A stretch of DNA of 64,000 bases from Laetmonice hystrix (taxonomy: Eukaryota): NCBI GenBank assembly GCA_965235115.1, contig OZ249436.1, forward strand, positions 27,654,001-27,718,000. The letters run 5' to 3'. A model generated the notes under the pieces. It did not search any database, had not been told where the DNA came from, and saw nothing but the letters and a program-made list of their open reading frames with translations. Shown here piece by piece: positions 37,751-50,631 of this stretch. Position numbers and translations under genes: made by a program. The first letter of the stretch is position 1, and each line of letters starts with the position of its first letter.

Positions 37751-38955
37751 GGGGGGCCTCTCACCTTGTGTACATACAGGCCTCCCTCGGTTTCGTTTTT
37801 TGCTTTAGCCTCGTCCACTAGTTTTTTGACCTCAATCCGTTCTTCCCTAGTGAGGTCATGGCTGACACTGATATTCTTAAATATTCTATCAGCATCTTGG
37901 AGTTTGTGAAGCCTTTGCATGATTTTAGTCTTGTCATCGGTGCTTTCCATAGTAACTTTAGTTGGTCTGTCCCTGCCTTCTTGCCTTTTGCCCAGTCGGG
38001 CTATGTTTGTAATTTTCAAGTTAGTTAGTTCAAGCACTTCATTAGTTAGGCGTTGTATCAGATCATGGTCATATTTTCTCCTGTCTTCCACTCTTTCTTC
38101 CTCACTCTCCTTTAGTCTGTAGATTATAATATTTTGCTCTCTGACTTCTTTATCCTTTACTTCAATCTGATTTCTTTTCATTAGTTGGTCCACTTTATCT
38201 ACTACGACATTTGTCAACTGTTTGGTCTGGTCTGAGATATTCCTGGCTGCTATTTGGGCCCAGCTAGTTGGGGGGGTGTCTGCCTCTTGTTCTGGGTCTA
38301 TTATTATCGCGGGTTTATCGAGTTCTTTCATGATCTCTTTTGCCGTCTGCTTCGCTGCCACGGCACAAGATTCTTTGATGCTATCCTTACCTTCCTGGAT
38401 TATATCCCCCAGCTGTCTAGCTACGCCTTCTAGCATCTTATCCATGCGCTTCTCAAGGGCTCCTACGTGTGAGATTTTACCCCCTGTCTTAGATGTACAT
38501 ACTGCCTCCATCGCGATGGGGTCACATACTGTGCAAAACCAGTGTAGGTTGGGCCACATGTCAAGCGCTTCCATCATCTCCAACGGTACATTCTGGCATG
38601 AGCCACAACACCATTTAGTACACCTCTCACACTGGATCACACCGGTAGTGTCTTTCCCACACCTCTCGCACTCATACAGTTCCTCACCTGGATCACCGGG
38701 GTCTCTTGAATCATCACCTCTTACCTCTTCTTCGATCAGGGACTGGCTGGCAGACTTGGTGGCCGTGGATTTCTTCCCCCTCCTACCTTTCTTACCAGCC
38801 GCCAGTGGCGGCAGATCCGTTGCGGCCTTTGCTCTATCCGTGACCTTGACCTTCCTCGTGGGCTCACTTGCGGTAGTTGGTAGCTCACTTCTGTCACCAC
38901 TGCCAATTCCCAAAAGCTTGTCTCGCAGGGGAGAGAGCTTCGTTTTGAGTGACAT
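37711..38955 (-). CDS. CR1 LINE ORF1: PHD finger, coiled coil and RRM/CTD-like region (414 aa)
   Basis: CERC..CERCTKWCCGSC..WFCTVC PHD-like finger; NIIIYRLKE, RLGKR..RP and SHDLTREER motifs typical of LINE ORF1; overlaps the ORF2 start by 40 nt. Confidence 0.9.
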   Translation of the reverse strand: MSLKTKLSPLRDKLLGIGSGDRSELPTTASEPTRKVKVTDRAKAATDLPPLAAGKKGRRGKKSTATKSASQSLIEEEVRGDDSRDPGDPGEELYECERCGKDTTGVIQCERCTKWCCGSCQNVPLEMMEALDMWPNLHWFCTVCDPIAMEAVCTSKTGGKISHVGALEKRMDKMLEGVARQLGDIIQEGKDSIKESCAVAAKQTAKEIMKELDKPAIIIDPEQEADTPPTSWAQIAARNISDQTKQLTNVVVDKVDQLMKRNQIEVKDKEVREQNIIIYRLKESEEERVEDRRKYDHDLIQRLTNEVLELTNLKITNIARLGKRQEGRDRPTKVTMESTDDKTKIMQRLHKLQDADRIFKNISVSHDLTREERIEVKKLVDEAKAKNETEGGLYVHKVRGPPWNLRIVRMKRRE

Positions 38956-41581
38956 ACTCTATTGTGATTATTTGTTGCTTGACATCCTAGTAGGGCGTAA
39001 GGGAAGGTGTGTTGGTTGTCGCGAAAACTTGGAGGGTGGCAACAGCAATGGCGGCGACCGCTTGGGTAGCAACCAGCCTAGAGGGTGTTGGGACCCCTTG
39101 TTGTTGAGACCTCGCGGAGCGCCAAACTGGGATTTCCACTGGTTAAACGTTGTCACTGGGTTTTCATTTTACTCCTATGCTATTTTTTTCCTCCTGTGGA
39201 TCGGTGATCGTATTTTTTTCCAGAAAGACACTGGGAGAGCATAAACACCTGTTGACACACAATTGTTGCGTCACAAATTTCCCCATTGGTTTAACATAGG
39301 ATGAAGAGACATCGTTCCAAAGATCGGCCTAGTCTTGAAGATTTTTGTGTTGTTATGTATAACAGTTATTTATTCGAGTATAAAACAGGTTGATACAAAT
39401 ATCTGGGAAGGTTTCATTACAATGGGCAGCATAATTACAGAGAAATCACGAGTTGAAGTTGGCAGTCGCCGTTCCCTATGGCCAGCGCAATGCTAAACAC
39501 GCGTGAGCGATAATGACGTTAGCCTCGATCCCATGACCCTTTGCGCGCAGAGCCTTGCACATAGGGCCACGCAGTGGCCACCATTATGGATGGGGCTGGC
39601 CGAGTGTTGCCATGCAGATCGGCGGGGGCGCGTGATGGGCCGACCTCTGACCATGGCAACTAGGCCAAGTTTTTTCCACTTCTGAGGGTAGAAGCTCAGA
39701 TCGATCCTATATATTTACATCTATTAACGCGTTATTATATTTAGAAATAATGACTTTAGATTTTAGGCCTAGTTTAGTCGTTAGGCTAGAGGACGCGCAT
39801 GCGCAAACCACCAGTCGCGCTTGCTGCCACCTAGCGACTAAAGAGAGTACTACTTGCTGTCTGTCAGCCCCTTGTGATAACGGGGCGGGTGTTCGGCCTA
39901 TAATGACGTGTCAACAAAATCGACGTTTATCGCGTTGTAACGCAACATCTCGTGACCTACTTCGGCTCCCTATTCTGACGTCAAAAAAAAAAGACAACCG
40001 GAACGACAGATCACTTAGCAACAGGCCGTACGACCATGGTGATATTGTCACGTCACAATCAGTAGACTTAGGAACCATGGTGATATTATCGCGTCACAAT
40101 ACACCAGTTTATAGTTCGAACACAGCGCATGCGCACGGAAGCCTCGTTTCGAAGTTGCGAGTAAACAAACCGTCTCCCTATCTATTTCTATGTTAAATAC
40201 ACGATTTTTGTGTCGGGATTACGTCTCTTTTCCAAACAATATCTGTACAGCTAATGTTCGAATGTGTAAAACTTGTATTAGACTTGACAAAAAAAAACGG
40301 TTTAAACCTCGACATTGGCGTAATAGTAAAGTTAAACGGTTCGCTGGCGACACTGACTCGGCGGCCTCCCCAGGCCTGACGGCCGGCGTAGCGCTTGGGG
40401 GAGACGGTCTCCACACCGTTGGTTCTCAACTCATACGGGATAGATATTGGGGGGCAGTCGGATGTTGATTGACACTTTATGCGCTGGATTGGAGGGGGAA
40501 GGGTCAGTTAAACCGGGTTTGGCCCCCAAATGCCCGCGTGCTGACACACTGACAGTCTGCGAACACTGCCGAAACGTGCACTTTTCCGAGGGGCAGCTCA
40601 CGCCCAGTTCGACAGCCTGTGGACGGAATTATCCAGGCCTAACACATTGTTTGACGCTCTGTGCATGTCGGCCTACCCTCCATGTGTCTAAGATCACAGC
40701 CAGAAAAATTTGTCACAACTTCGCGGTGATGGAATAGTGGCTTCTTTCAGCGGTAAAACCCCGTTGACAGCAATGCTAATGGCGCGCCGCTGGCTTTGTT
40801 TACTCGCAACTTCAAAACGAGGCTCCGATTCTGACGAACTATAAACTCGTAGTAGACGTAGAAAAAACAATTTGGCATCGGTGTGCGCCAATGAGAGCGA
40901 GTCGCTCTTCGGCCAATGAAATGGGCTAACGCGCTGCTGTGTACCGGTCTCTCATTCTCTCCCAGGGTTCACCGCGCCGGGGACGATGGCGCGGATTTAA
41001 TCCGCCCGCGCGGTGAACCCTGGGAGAGATTGCCGGTCTCTATCTCCGATAGGAGTTGAGCAGGGAACCAGTCAGAGGTGCAGTGTCGGTGTACAATATC
41101 TAGGTGCCGCTCTACCCGTGGGTGGAGCCGTAGGCTGGTTCCCTCAGTGGCGCTGGGAATTTGCACCTACATTTTAATGGCAAAACTTTGAACTGCTTGA
41201 CTGATTTCGATGTGGGTTTACTTTTGGTTGATACTCTGTAACAGACACTGATATGTCTATATTTAGACTGAGATGTAAATGGGGACATCTGGTGTAGGGG
41301 CCTAGAGATTGTAAACTATGATGGCCAACACTCACGAGACAATATTTCCTGTGACACGGCCGGAAATGGGTCCACAGACCACAACAAACGATCAGCTGTG
41401 GGTGGGTGTCTCAGACTGTGAGAAACACGATTAGATGTGAAGATAAACTGATGTGACTGCCGATCCTGGGCTACATTTTCCAGCAGATCATGGCGTTATA
41501 ACTCCAACGATTACCACGGTACCGTTTTGAAATCTGCAACGACCAATATAGTTGCGTTGTAATATGATGTAGGTGCTACCT

Positions 41582-41930
41582 AGCTAGAGGGCGAGCGCAG
41601 CGACGGGAGGCCTACAACTATAACAATATACGATGTCAGGACTGGTCACTTAGCAGCACGGACGTCGGGATATTGTGGCGTCACAGTGAACAAACACTCA
41701 CGCGACTGTTTGTTCACTGTGACGTCACAAATCACACACGCTCTGAAAGGGTCACATGACCCTCCATGGATTTCTCCATGGATTTGCTCCATGGTTTTTC
41801 CGGTTCCGGTTTTACGTGACAAAATTTTTTGGTGAGACAGTATGTGTCACCTTGGCAACCCTTTCACACGTGTTAATCATAGAGCTCGCTTCGCGAGCCG
41901 CTGCGCGGCTCGCTTGCGCTCGCTATAATA
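41582..41930 (+). mobile_element. Possible non-autonomous Helentron/Helitron-like element
   Basis: Subterminal inverted motif GCGAGCGCA (41591) / TGCGCTCGC (~41915), 3' GC hairpin GCGAGCCGC-T-GCGCGGCTCGC, and an internal ~24-bp-stem hairpin at 41673-41730. Confidence 0.4.
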
Positions 41931-43373
41931 CTAATATTTACTATACTAGCCATAGCATAGGCTAGCCACCACGCTGACCTTTTTTTTATTGTTGGAGTAG
42001 GCCTACGACACACACAGTACTCGGTCACGGGCACAGGGACTCGATTCCTCATCTCTCACCCCCTCCCCCGCGTTCATCATGATGTCATGTGACATATTGA
42101 ATCAGTGTGTGTGCCTGTGCTGTGCATATATAGGGCCATATTATAAATAGCATAAAGGCTTGGATTTGTTTATTGGTTTAATTTTGAAACCCCCAGTGAT
42201 CTGTGGGGTTTTCTCAGCAAGCAATTAGGCCTAAGCCTAAGGCCAAGGGTTGTTTTGGGGGCAAACACCACAATTGGGCCATTCCAAGATAAAGCGCGAT
42301 ACTGTCGCCAGGACATTGCTGCTCTTACTACATAGACTGGCTTTTTATCTGCCAATATTAAGGAAAGCATTGGTTTTGAAAAATTACACAAGGGTTTTAC
42401 GCGTATCTAATCCTAGGAATAAGAGAAATTCGATGTCAAAGTGGCGAAAAACGGCATTTTCATGATGTTGCCAGCAATGTGATGTTCAGGAAAGGCCACC
42501 GCAGTATATGACAGTATCTGGGAATAATCTGTTTATTCATAAACATGGATGAAAGGAAAATAAAACTTACACTGAACGCCTCACATTAACCTCACCAGAA
42601 CTACTCGCCCACCAATAACCTCATGTCGTCAAATCTGGGTCAGATATGTTACCAATTTTAAATATTGATCTATAAAAATAGTTGTACTTGGTAAAATTAT
42701 CTGTTATATAGTTTTATATTAGGGCGTTAGCTTCTTTAAAAATAAATAGCTATGGGGAATTATCTCTATGAATGAAAAGTTCAGGACCCATTAACAGCTG
42801 TGTTGTGGCACTGAATTAGTATCAGATACGTTACCAGTACTTGGGAAATCATGGCGAGAATAAGGACCAGTACAGTCGAGACATCTATACAAAGTTGAAG
42901 GTACTAAATATAGTGACCGATCACGCCTAGAAGAAACTGGCTAAACAGATAAGTTTTTCAATGGTGGCATTTTAGAAGTGAGGGTTAGATATGTTCCCCT
43001 CAGATACGATATGAAGTTGGATCAACATTTTCTTGTGATGTAGGCCTACATCAAAATAATGTACATGTAGATGCTGCATGTTTTTTTTTATTAGGTCTAC
43101 AGCATTTTATATGGACCATTTGTCGTCTTACATGGCATTGGGACGAGATAAATAAAGTTCTTGAGCAGCTGACTAACTAATGTTTGTGGAGAGTTTAAAG
43201 ATTTTTAGTCGGAAAAACGACTAAAGAATGTGACAAAGTAGTATGCTGAAAGTTAGGGTACAAAAGGGTATAGATCTACCAAAGTTCAGGCTGTTTTTTT
43301 TTAATTTTTTTATTATGATTAGAATTTACTCATAATATATGTGTTCTCTCGTAAACAATTCTCTTTGAGACAG

Positions 43374-44487
43374 ATGGATAGAAGCAAGTACAAGTACCAA
43401 CAAGTAGGTGTCGAAGGCCGTCCAGTGGTTCAAGTTGATACTGGAAAAAGCCAGTTGTTATGGCGGAGCATCAATGCTATTATGGTGATATTCTTTCTCC
43501 TGGCAGCTGTTGTGCAGGTAATTAAGGCAACATTAATGTTGTCCAAATTAAAATGCTGAATGTAATTGAAATGTTTCAGCCTCAGTATGTGGCTGAAGTA
43601 GTACACAAAATACAAGATTGTTGAGAGTAAGAAATATCCACGCCCCGTGTTCGTTAATTACAACTTGACATCCTGCCAACACGTCGAGAGGTATTAGATT
43701 CATCTACAAAATGTATTCTACACCATAACAATTCATGTATACTGATATTATTTTTCTAAATTTGTTATAGATAAATGATCCAGACCCAGGAATTTGGATA
43801 GTAAGTATCATTCAATGAGTTACAGAGAACCAATCATTCTAATGAAAAAGATGACTGATAGATATTTGGCTTAATTATCTGTGTGAAAATAGGAACGAGA
43901 CTTAGAATTGAGATACCCACTCATTAACATCTGGGATATGTTAGGGGATAAGTATCGTCCATTGTTGTCTTTAATGTATTTTATTTGATTCCATGATATT
44001 GACACATGTACATGTAGTAATTATTTGTAAGAGGTCAGAGGCATACCTGTCTGTAGACAAAAGAAAAACAACCCAAAAAACGACATACACATTGTTTCAG
44101 TTCAGTTCTCACCCAGTTACCTGTATAATGAATCATATGTTTTAATATATATTTTTATATAAAACAATAATTGTGGTTCATTAAAAAAAGGTTTCATACA
44201 GTTATGAACTTCTAGATATGCTAATATCTGTAGTTTACATAGGGGTTCTTACACAACAATAAATAGATACGCTCTGGACGTTGTCATAACATTCTTGCTA
44301 AGTCTCGTGATGGCCTAGAAACGCCTAACACAAACACCAGGGGGCAGCATCGGTATTGAACCCACACGTTGGGCCTTGTAGGGCTTTGGCTTGATGTGTG
44401 ATGTCGGTTAAAAACTATGTTATACGTTACATAGGCGTAGGAACCGGGGAGCAGGGGGGGAGGGGGGCGTCAGCCCCCCAATATCAA

Positions 44488-44522
<35 letters not shown>

Positions 44523-46167
44523 GGGGGGGGGCTGGAGTGTGTTTCAGCCCCCCCCCCCCCCAACATTTGGGTGCTTTCTTGGTCGAGGTTCGAGGTGGGT
44601 TTCATGCCGATTTTCTATGTATCGCACATAAAAATAATGGAATTTTGTTGATAGATTTGAGAGAATTTTGCCCCGAGATGCTCAGAAAACGCGTCTCCGG
44701 CATTCCTGAAAAATAATTTCTGGGGGAGGACCCCCAGACCCCCCCCCCCCACGGCCCGCTTCGGTGGCCAGGAATTATCCCCCCAACCTTCAGCCCCCCC
44801 CCCCCCCCAACCAAAAAGAGCTTCCTACGCCTATGTGTTATACATGTATTACAAGGGTTATAAATTGGCATTGTTCTTTGTTCGTACTTCATTGGTACGT
44901 ATGTTTGACTGTATTGATCTCCTCTAAATGTATCGGTATGGATGTTTCAACCATTGCCTCATCTTTTTTCTGTTATGAAGTGGTGTATCATTTTCAGTAA
45001 TCACCTTGTTCTAGTTTCGAGGCAATAAAACATGATGTAATATAGGATTATGTTGTGATCGACACATGTGTAAAAAAATAACATTATGATGGAAACATAA
45101 TACATTTTGGTGACTGGAGGTTTGAAAGACTCATTACAATGGTCACAATTGGTTCACGTTGAGCTTATAAATTTAAAGAGAATTTTGCTGTTTTATTGAA
45201 CGGTTAAAAGATCTTATTATCTTATCCTGCTGATGTGCGTGCAATCTCCCACAACATGTAAGAAAATAATAAAGTTATCAGATTGGTTTTATTTCTTTCT
45301 TTTTTCATTCTAGCCTGCCTACGTTGTACCAGCCTTGCTAAGCCTGGCTGTTACTGTGAGTCCGTCGGTAACCCAGGCGACATGGTGGAGACTTGTAACA
45401 GTGGGCCACATGGCCTTGTGTTTGGCCAGCAGTATCTACCTGACTGGCGTTGTCGTGGAACATCTGGCCAGCAAAGTGGTCAACCCCCTAGAGCATGAGG
45501 AGGGAAGGTAATGTCAAGGGTAGTCAGGGCAGACGGGCTCTGTGTGGGGGCCGCGGTAGCACTTAGTGGTCTAAGGTTCCGGCTGGTCACCAGAGGGCCT
45601 TTCATTTTTTAGAGCTGTATGCGGGAAGCTTGGATGTGGCCATTGCTGGTGCGGAGGCGTCTATGCCAATTCAGAATGGTTCTGCCTTCAGCCTTTGTGA
45701 TATGAGAAGTTTTGCCCTATAACATCTTTGTTGCGCATTAAAATCCAGAATGGGGTCAAGAATTTTCAATAGTTTAAATATGATTGAGAGGTTATGAAAT
45801 CACTTGAATACGTTCACCTATTTTTGTTTTTCAGGGAGCTAGCCGGGTTGGTCATCATTATGGTGTGGCTTGGTATAGGCAGATTTACAACCCTCGGAAC
45901 GTACGTATTTGGCGAGAGTTAGAAAACGGAATTATTTATTTATTTAATGATATAAGTGAAAATTTCATGGTGATTTACTAGTTATAATTTTTGTTCCACC
46001 ACAGGCCGGATCCGGAGCGAGGTTCGATGAGCGCCCTGCTGTTAGTGACCTGTATCCTGGGCCTTCTTCCCCTTGTTTTCTGGGGAGTGTGCTTAGTGGA
46101 TGAGTTAACACCCCACCTGGGCCACTGCAAAGACATGTTTAAAGGAGGCATTTTCAGCAAGGGCTGA
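43374..46167 (+). CDS. TMEM220: Transmembrane protein 220 homolog, 5 coding exons (~198 aa)
   Basis: Exons 43374-43517, 43771-43800, 45314-45507, 45835-45900, 46005-46167, GT-AG and phase-consistent. LWRSINAIMVIFFLLAAVVQ-INDPDPGIW-..YVVPA, HEEGRELAGLVII and a C-terminal HCK match the TMEM220 family. Confidence 0.9.
44430..44835. mobile_element. G/C-run MITE containing (TG)n in TMEM220 intron 2
   Basis: 14-bp TIR CATAGGCGTAGGAA / TTCCTACGCCTATG. Confidence 0.7.
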
Positions 46168-48079
46168 GTTATAGAAATAATTTTGACCTACAGTTTTATT
46201 TATGATTACGAAAGTGACTTGCTGTTATTTTTAACTGCCAGTCAGCAACTGTATAATTTTTCGTAAATGTCATACTTAGGTGAAGAACTCGTATTAGACA
46301 TCAGAATGGTCAAAGATGCCAGATGGTGGTACTCTCACATTTGTGCCAATTTTCCGTCTTTTTCTAAGTCTATTAATTATTCAATATGAGCCATGTATGA
46401 TAAGAGTAAAAGATATTTTAATAATGTTACGCTTTCCTTCCTCCGCCCAAAGAAAAAAATCGTGACGCAAATTCTATTTTATCGTACTGCATACGAAACC
46501 AAAGGAGACATGGGTCAAAACCTTTCGTGATTACCATTTTGACACGAGTTAAGTCGTTTTGCTCAGGCGTGGTTTTTGCAGTTCTACGTAATCTTTCACC
46601 AGAGAATGTGTGGGCGTCGGACAACGTACAATCAGTAAAAATATCTCCGTTTTGACGAGGCTTGAACATGTGACCTTTGTGGATGGTATAGGTCGTGTTA
46701 CTGGCGCCCAATAATGCAGTTATGGATTACACTGCACTAATTACTAATGGCACTGAAACTGAAAGGTAAGAATGTGGAACTTTTAAGACGGGCCGAAGCT
46801 ATTAAGAGAATGTTATGCCTGTATCTTATTGAGAGCGCTTAAATACATAATCATAATGTAGCTTCAACGAGGGAAGGGCCCCAAGAACATAGATTAGGGG
46901 TTAGACTCTAACTTGAACAAAATATAAACATTATTTTATTTTTACAAACAGACCACCTGAGTTTGTCACTTTGATTCACTAGTTGACGTTTGAAAATTAA
47001 AATACTCTTGAAAGCTGTGCAAAGGGCAGGAGATTCTCTAAGGCAGGGTCAAATGTCAACCGGTGTGTCAGATATTATGAGGGTAAAATGCTCCACCAAG
47101 GCCCTAAACATAGACTGGTAGTTTGGGTCATCTCATTGCATTGTATTTCGAAAAGCCTCTCTAAACCATCGGCATGAAACGACGAACTAACACGTCTTCG
47201 ATGACCCTACATGATACATTACAAACGGCAACATGCTGACCGAACGTAATATAGCCAGCGTTCGACAAGCCGGGTTTCCAATGACGTCGTTACCGAAAAT
47301 GCTTCAGACGCAGATGGCGTTGGCGTTCTTCCGATTTGTTCCGGAAATTGGACCGAGTTGAGCCGGAAGTGTCTTGGACTCAGTGGTTTCTTCCGACAGC
47401 GCGTGTCTCTATGGTTCTACAAAGGCAGCAGGTTATTTTAACCCAAACGACTGCTTCTAATTGGAAGGGGACCGCTATTAGATAACGCTGCAGTCGGAGC
47501 GAGCTTGCTCCCCGGAATAACCAGTGGAATGTTGCCGTAATTGAATTACAACGCAATCTTCTCGCCCGACATGTATGGCAGTATTCTCCGCCAAGGTCAG
47601 TTTAGCCACCAGCGATTATTTAGCTCAGATAATGTGGAAAGGACAGTGGAGGGGAGCTATGCGAGCGTACGGCCTGAGTGGTGTATAGGTAGGGTACTGA
47701 TACCCCCACAGGCCCTGCAGAAGGCAACAGTCCACATATATCAGAGATAAGATAGAGGATGAATCAAAGAGCTAGTAAATGATACATAATTATACACGTA
47801 AGCCTTTTTTTGGCCGGGCGATACATAATGGAAAGAAGCTCGTACGAAACATGTACGCAGAAGATGTTTAGTAAACAGTTGGTTGCTGATGACAAGATAA
47901 GTCTCTCCAAACAGGCTGGTGCACAGAAAGAATTTGCAGAAGAAGTCGAGAGAAATTTGAGGATCGTGAGTAAATCGGTGGGGGAGGGTATGCACTATAG
48001 ACAATATTCAGGGTCATATGAACCATTTAGTTTAGTCAAGGGCCTCCCCCCGAGTCCTATAGGGTGGGAGAGGATGAAG

Positions 48080-48230
48080 TAAGAAAGCACCCTGCCACCG
48101 GCAGGCAATCTCCTCTTTTTCGAAAAATGGCAAGGGTCCATTTTTTTTTAGGCCCAGTCGAACTGTCGTACAGCTGGACATACCAAAGCCTTTGACGACC
48201 CAGTTGCGGGGTACTGGGGAGGGCCAGTAA
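48080..48230. mobile_element. Probable SINE fragment
   Basis: CTCTTTTTCGAAAAATGGCAAGGG motif is also found as CTCTTTTCGATAGATTCCAAGGG at ~49832, which suggests a dispersed repeat; the family is not determined. Confidence 0.3.
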
Positions 48231-49534
48231 GACAAGTGGTATTGGAAGGCTGTAAATCCATCTGTGCCCCACACAGACGATAGTTATACTACGTACACGG
48301 GGTTGGAATAGGGACACCAAGAAAAAGTGCTGATCATGCAAGAAACGTATACATTGAGGAAATTGGCTTTAAGACAACATGGTTTACGTCTACCTTTGCT
48401 GTACCCGTAGGCCTACACTTTATTCTTAATTGAAGCGCCCTGAATAATTATTACGAAGTCGCATCTAGCGCGTCTTAAATTTCTTTATTTCCCCAGCTGC
48501 AGTGTTATATCCTCTATAGGCCTTATTGGAATATTCCCGATGACAGAATAGTCCATAACGGTGACTATAGGAAGTTATCAACTAGGTCGAAACCACCTGC
48601 ATATACATACGTACATACATTAGGAGCGGACTGGGTCTTCAAACCGCCCCTGATGTACATCGATTATAATTGCGTAACAGCTGGGAAATGTTCAATGTAG
48701 TCTTGAAATAAGTGGTGCTCAATTGTCACTCAATGGAAATGCGTTGTACAAAATTAATGATGAATAGGTGTGAATAATTCATTAAGTTCTGAAGCAGCTA
48801 TCATTGCCTATAAGCCATTCATCAGTTGTGTAATAAGCCTCAATCGCTTTCTATTGAACTGATCCTCCAAACCTAATTGTAGAAAATTGCATTTGAAGGT
48901 GTCTTTAACTATCTTTTTCCATGCCGTCCGTCCTCGTAGAGTTGTGCCATTAATCTTGTGGCGTAGTTGGTATTCACGTCGGTCATACCATCTGCACACA
49001 TCCCATCATAGTAAATTATAAACAAGTATTGAGAACAACACCTTTCATTTCTAGAGAGAATATAATTTCATTTTAATTGGTTTGAAACCGCGCCTTGCTG
49101 CAAAGAAGAGAGGCATCGAGGCATGCAGTAAATGTGCACCAGGCTAATGTCTTTTTAAGTTCTCTATTAAGACTAGATATGAATGTAGCCCCCTCCTTGA
49201 TATTAATATTAAAACACGCGCCCCACCTGTCATCAAATTAAAGGGGATCTATCACGGCAGAATCGACTGGAATCTCCAGATTTATGCTTACCCCTCCTCA
49301 ACAGTGGTGGTAGTGAGTGGGTGGGCGGGTGAGGGGGGGGGGGTGAGGGGGTGATTTTCTTTTTTTAAATGCACGGGCATCAGGCGTAGCCCAGTTACTT
49401 TGAGAATGTTAGGAAAGAGAAAAGTTGTCTAGTCTACTAACCCAGTTACTTTGAGAATGTCCGGAAAGAGAAAAGTTATATAGTCCTCCATTGGAATTGA
49501 ACCACAGAGTACCCACATATCTACATATCTATCT

Positions 49535-49625
49535 GTGATTGAACCCCGGCCCCAAGATTACTGCACCCATTCGCATAGCATAAGGTATCAACGCCCATGC
49601 CCACTCGGCCACCGCCACTTCCCTA
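49535..49625 (-). mobile_element. tRNA-derived SINE head (degenerate)
   Basis: Minus strand reads GGCGGTGGCCGAGTGG (Pol III A-box) ... GGGGTTCAATC (B-box-like); no complete cloverleaf. Confidence 0.4.
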
Positions 49626-50631
49626 AAAAGGAAGCTTTGGTGGTCGAGCAGGACAATGGACCCTCCCCTTACACACATCTTTCGAGATGAGACGGAATCC
49701 ATGCTTTTAGTTGGTGTTTAACGCCCAGTCAGCAGTATTTCAGTAGTACTTTCAGCAGTGTTTAATAGAAATCTATTGGGTGATAATGATGAGATGATAG
49801 GAAGAAACCCGAGCACCGGGGCGAACCCCTACTCTTTTCGATAGATTCCAAGGGAGCTTTAACGTGCCCCTCCACATCGACGTATCGTGACAGGTTTGAA
49901 AGGAATCCAAGTCTCCCTGAAATATGCAGGCCGTTATATGACGGGAAAATGTTAAATGTGGAAAGTAATAAAATATCGTAGGAAGTTACCACCGCTGTAC
50001 TAAGTATAAATTGTTCAGGAAGGTTGCAGCTGTACCTGTGTTATTACCCGGAGCTGATTCCGAGCTCATTCTAATTAAGGAATATTTTTTCCTCGTTTAA
50101 GATTATTACTCTAGGCATGGGATATATAGAGACTCAGGGCGTGAATGGATAACACATGTGTGGTATCTCATTCTCCTGATTAATTCATACAAGAGTACAA
50201 TTCTTCCAGGAGGTTTTCTGTTTAATTTCGAAGATTTTATTTTAATTGCCTTCATTTTCTCAAATGAAGTGTTCCGGAGACCACATTCTGATAGACCGGT
50301 GAAACTGGAGTGCGGGTTTGTAGGTTTCGCGACACATTATACACGTCTAACGTTACAGTATTAGCCTTGCCTTATCCCAGGGGCGGATTGAGAATTGTGG
50401 TAAGGGGTTGGGGTTAGGGGAAGAATTTGCTAAGGGTGGGGTTGGGGTGGGGGTGGGGGTGGGGTGGGGTTCAGCACAGTCAATTCAGAAAGTTCTTTAA
50501 AAAAGAAACATTGGTTGCCAAGGGAACTGTTTAAGTCCCCTACACCCCCTGGACCTGCCACTGTATCCCATGTGCCTAGTATGGTAACGACAATTCAGGG
50601 GCTGCTGTTGTCGTCGACAATTCGTCGTTAA

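Larger units (their letters stand above)
34704..39245 (-). mobile_element. Apparently full-length CR1-clade LINE with (ACT)n tail
   Basis: Two intact overlapping ORFs, ~70-nt 3' UTR and a (TAG)7 run at 34704-34724 on the + strand; the 5' end (~290-nt UTR) is approximate. Confidence 0.9.

Noticed and set aside
38222..39244. 340-aa + strand ORF
   Set aside because: Antisense shadow of CR1 ORF1; Ser-rich with no motifs.
45546..45600. tRNA gene (GGGGCCGCGGTAGCACTTAGTGGTCTAAGG...)
   Set aside because: Only an A-box-like 5' half is present, with no T-arm/B-box or acceptor stem; at most a SINE remnant.
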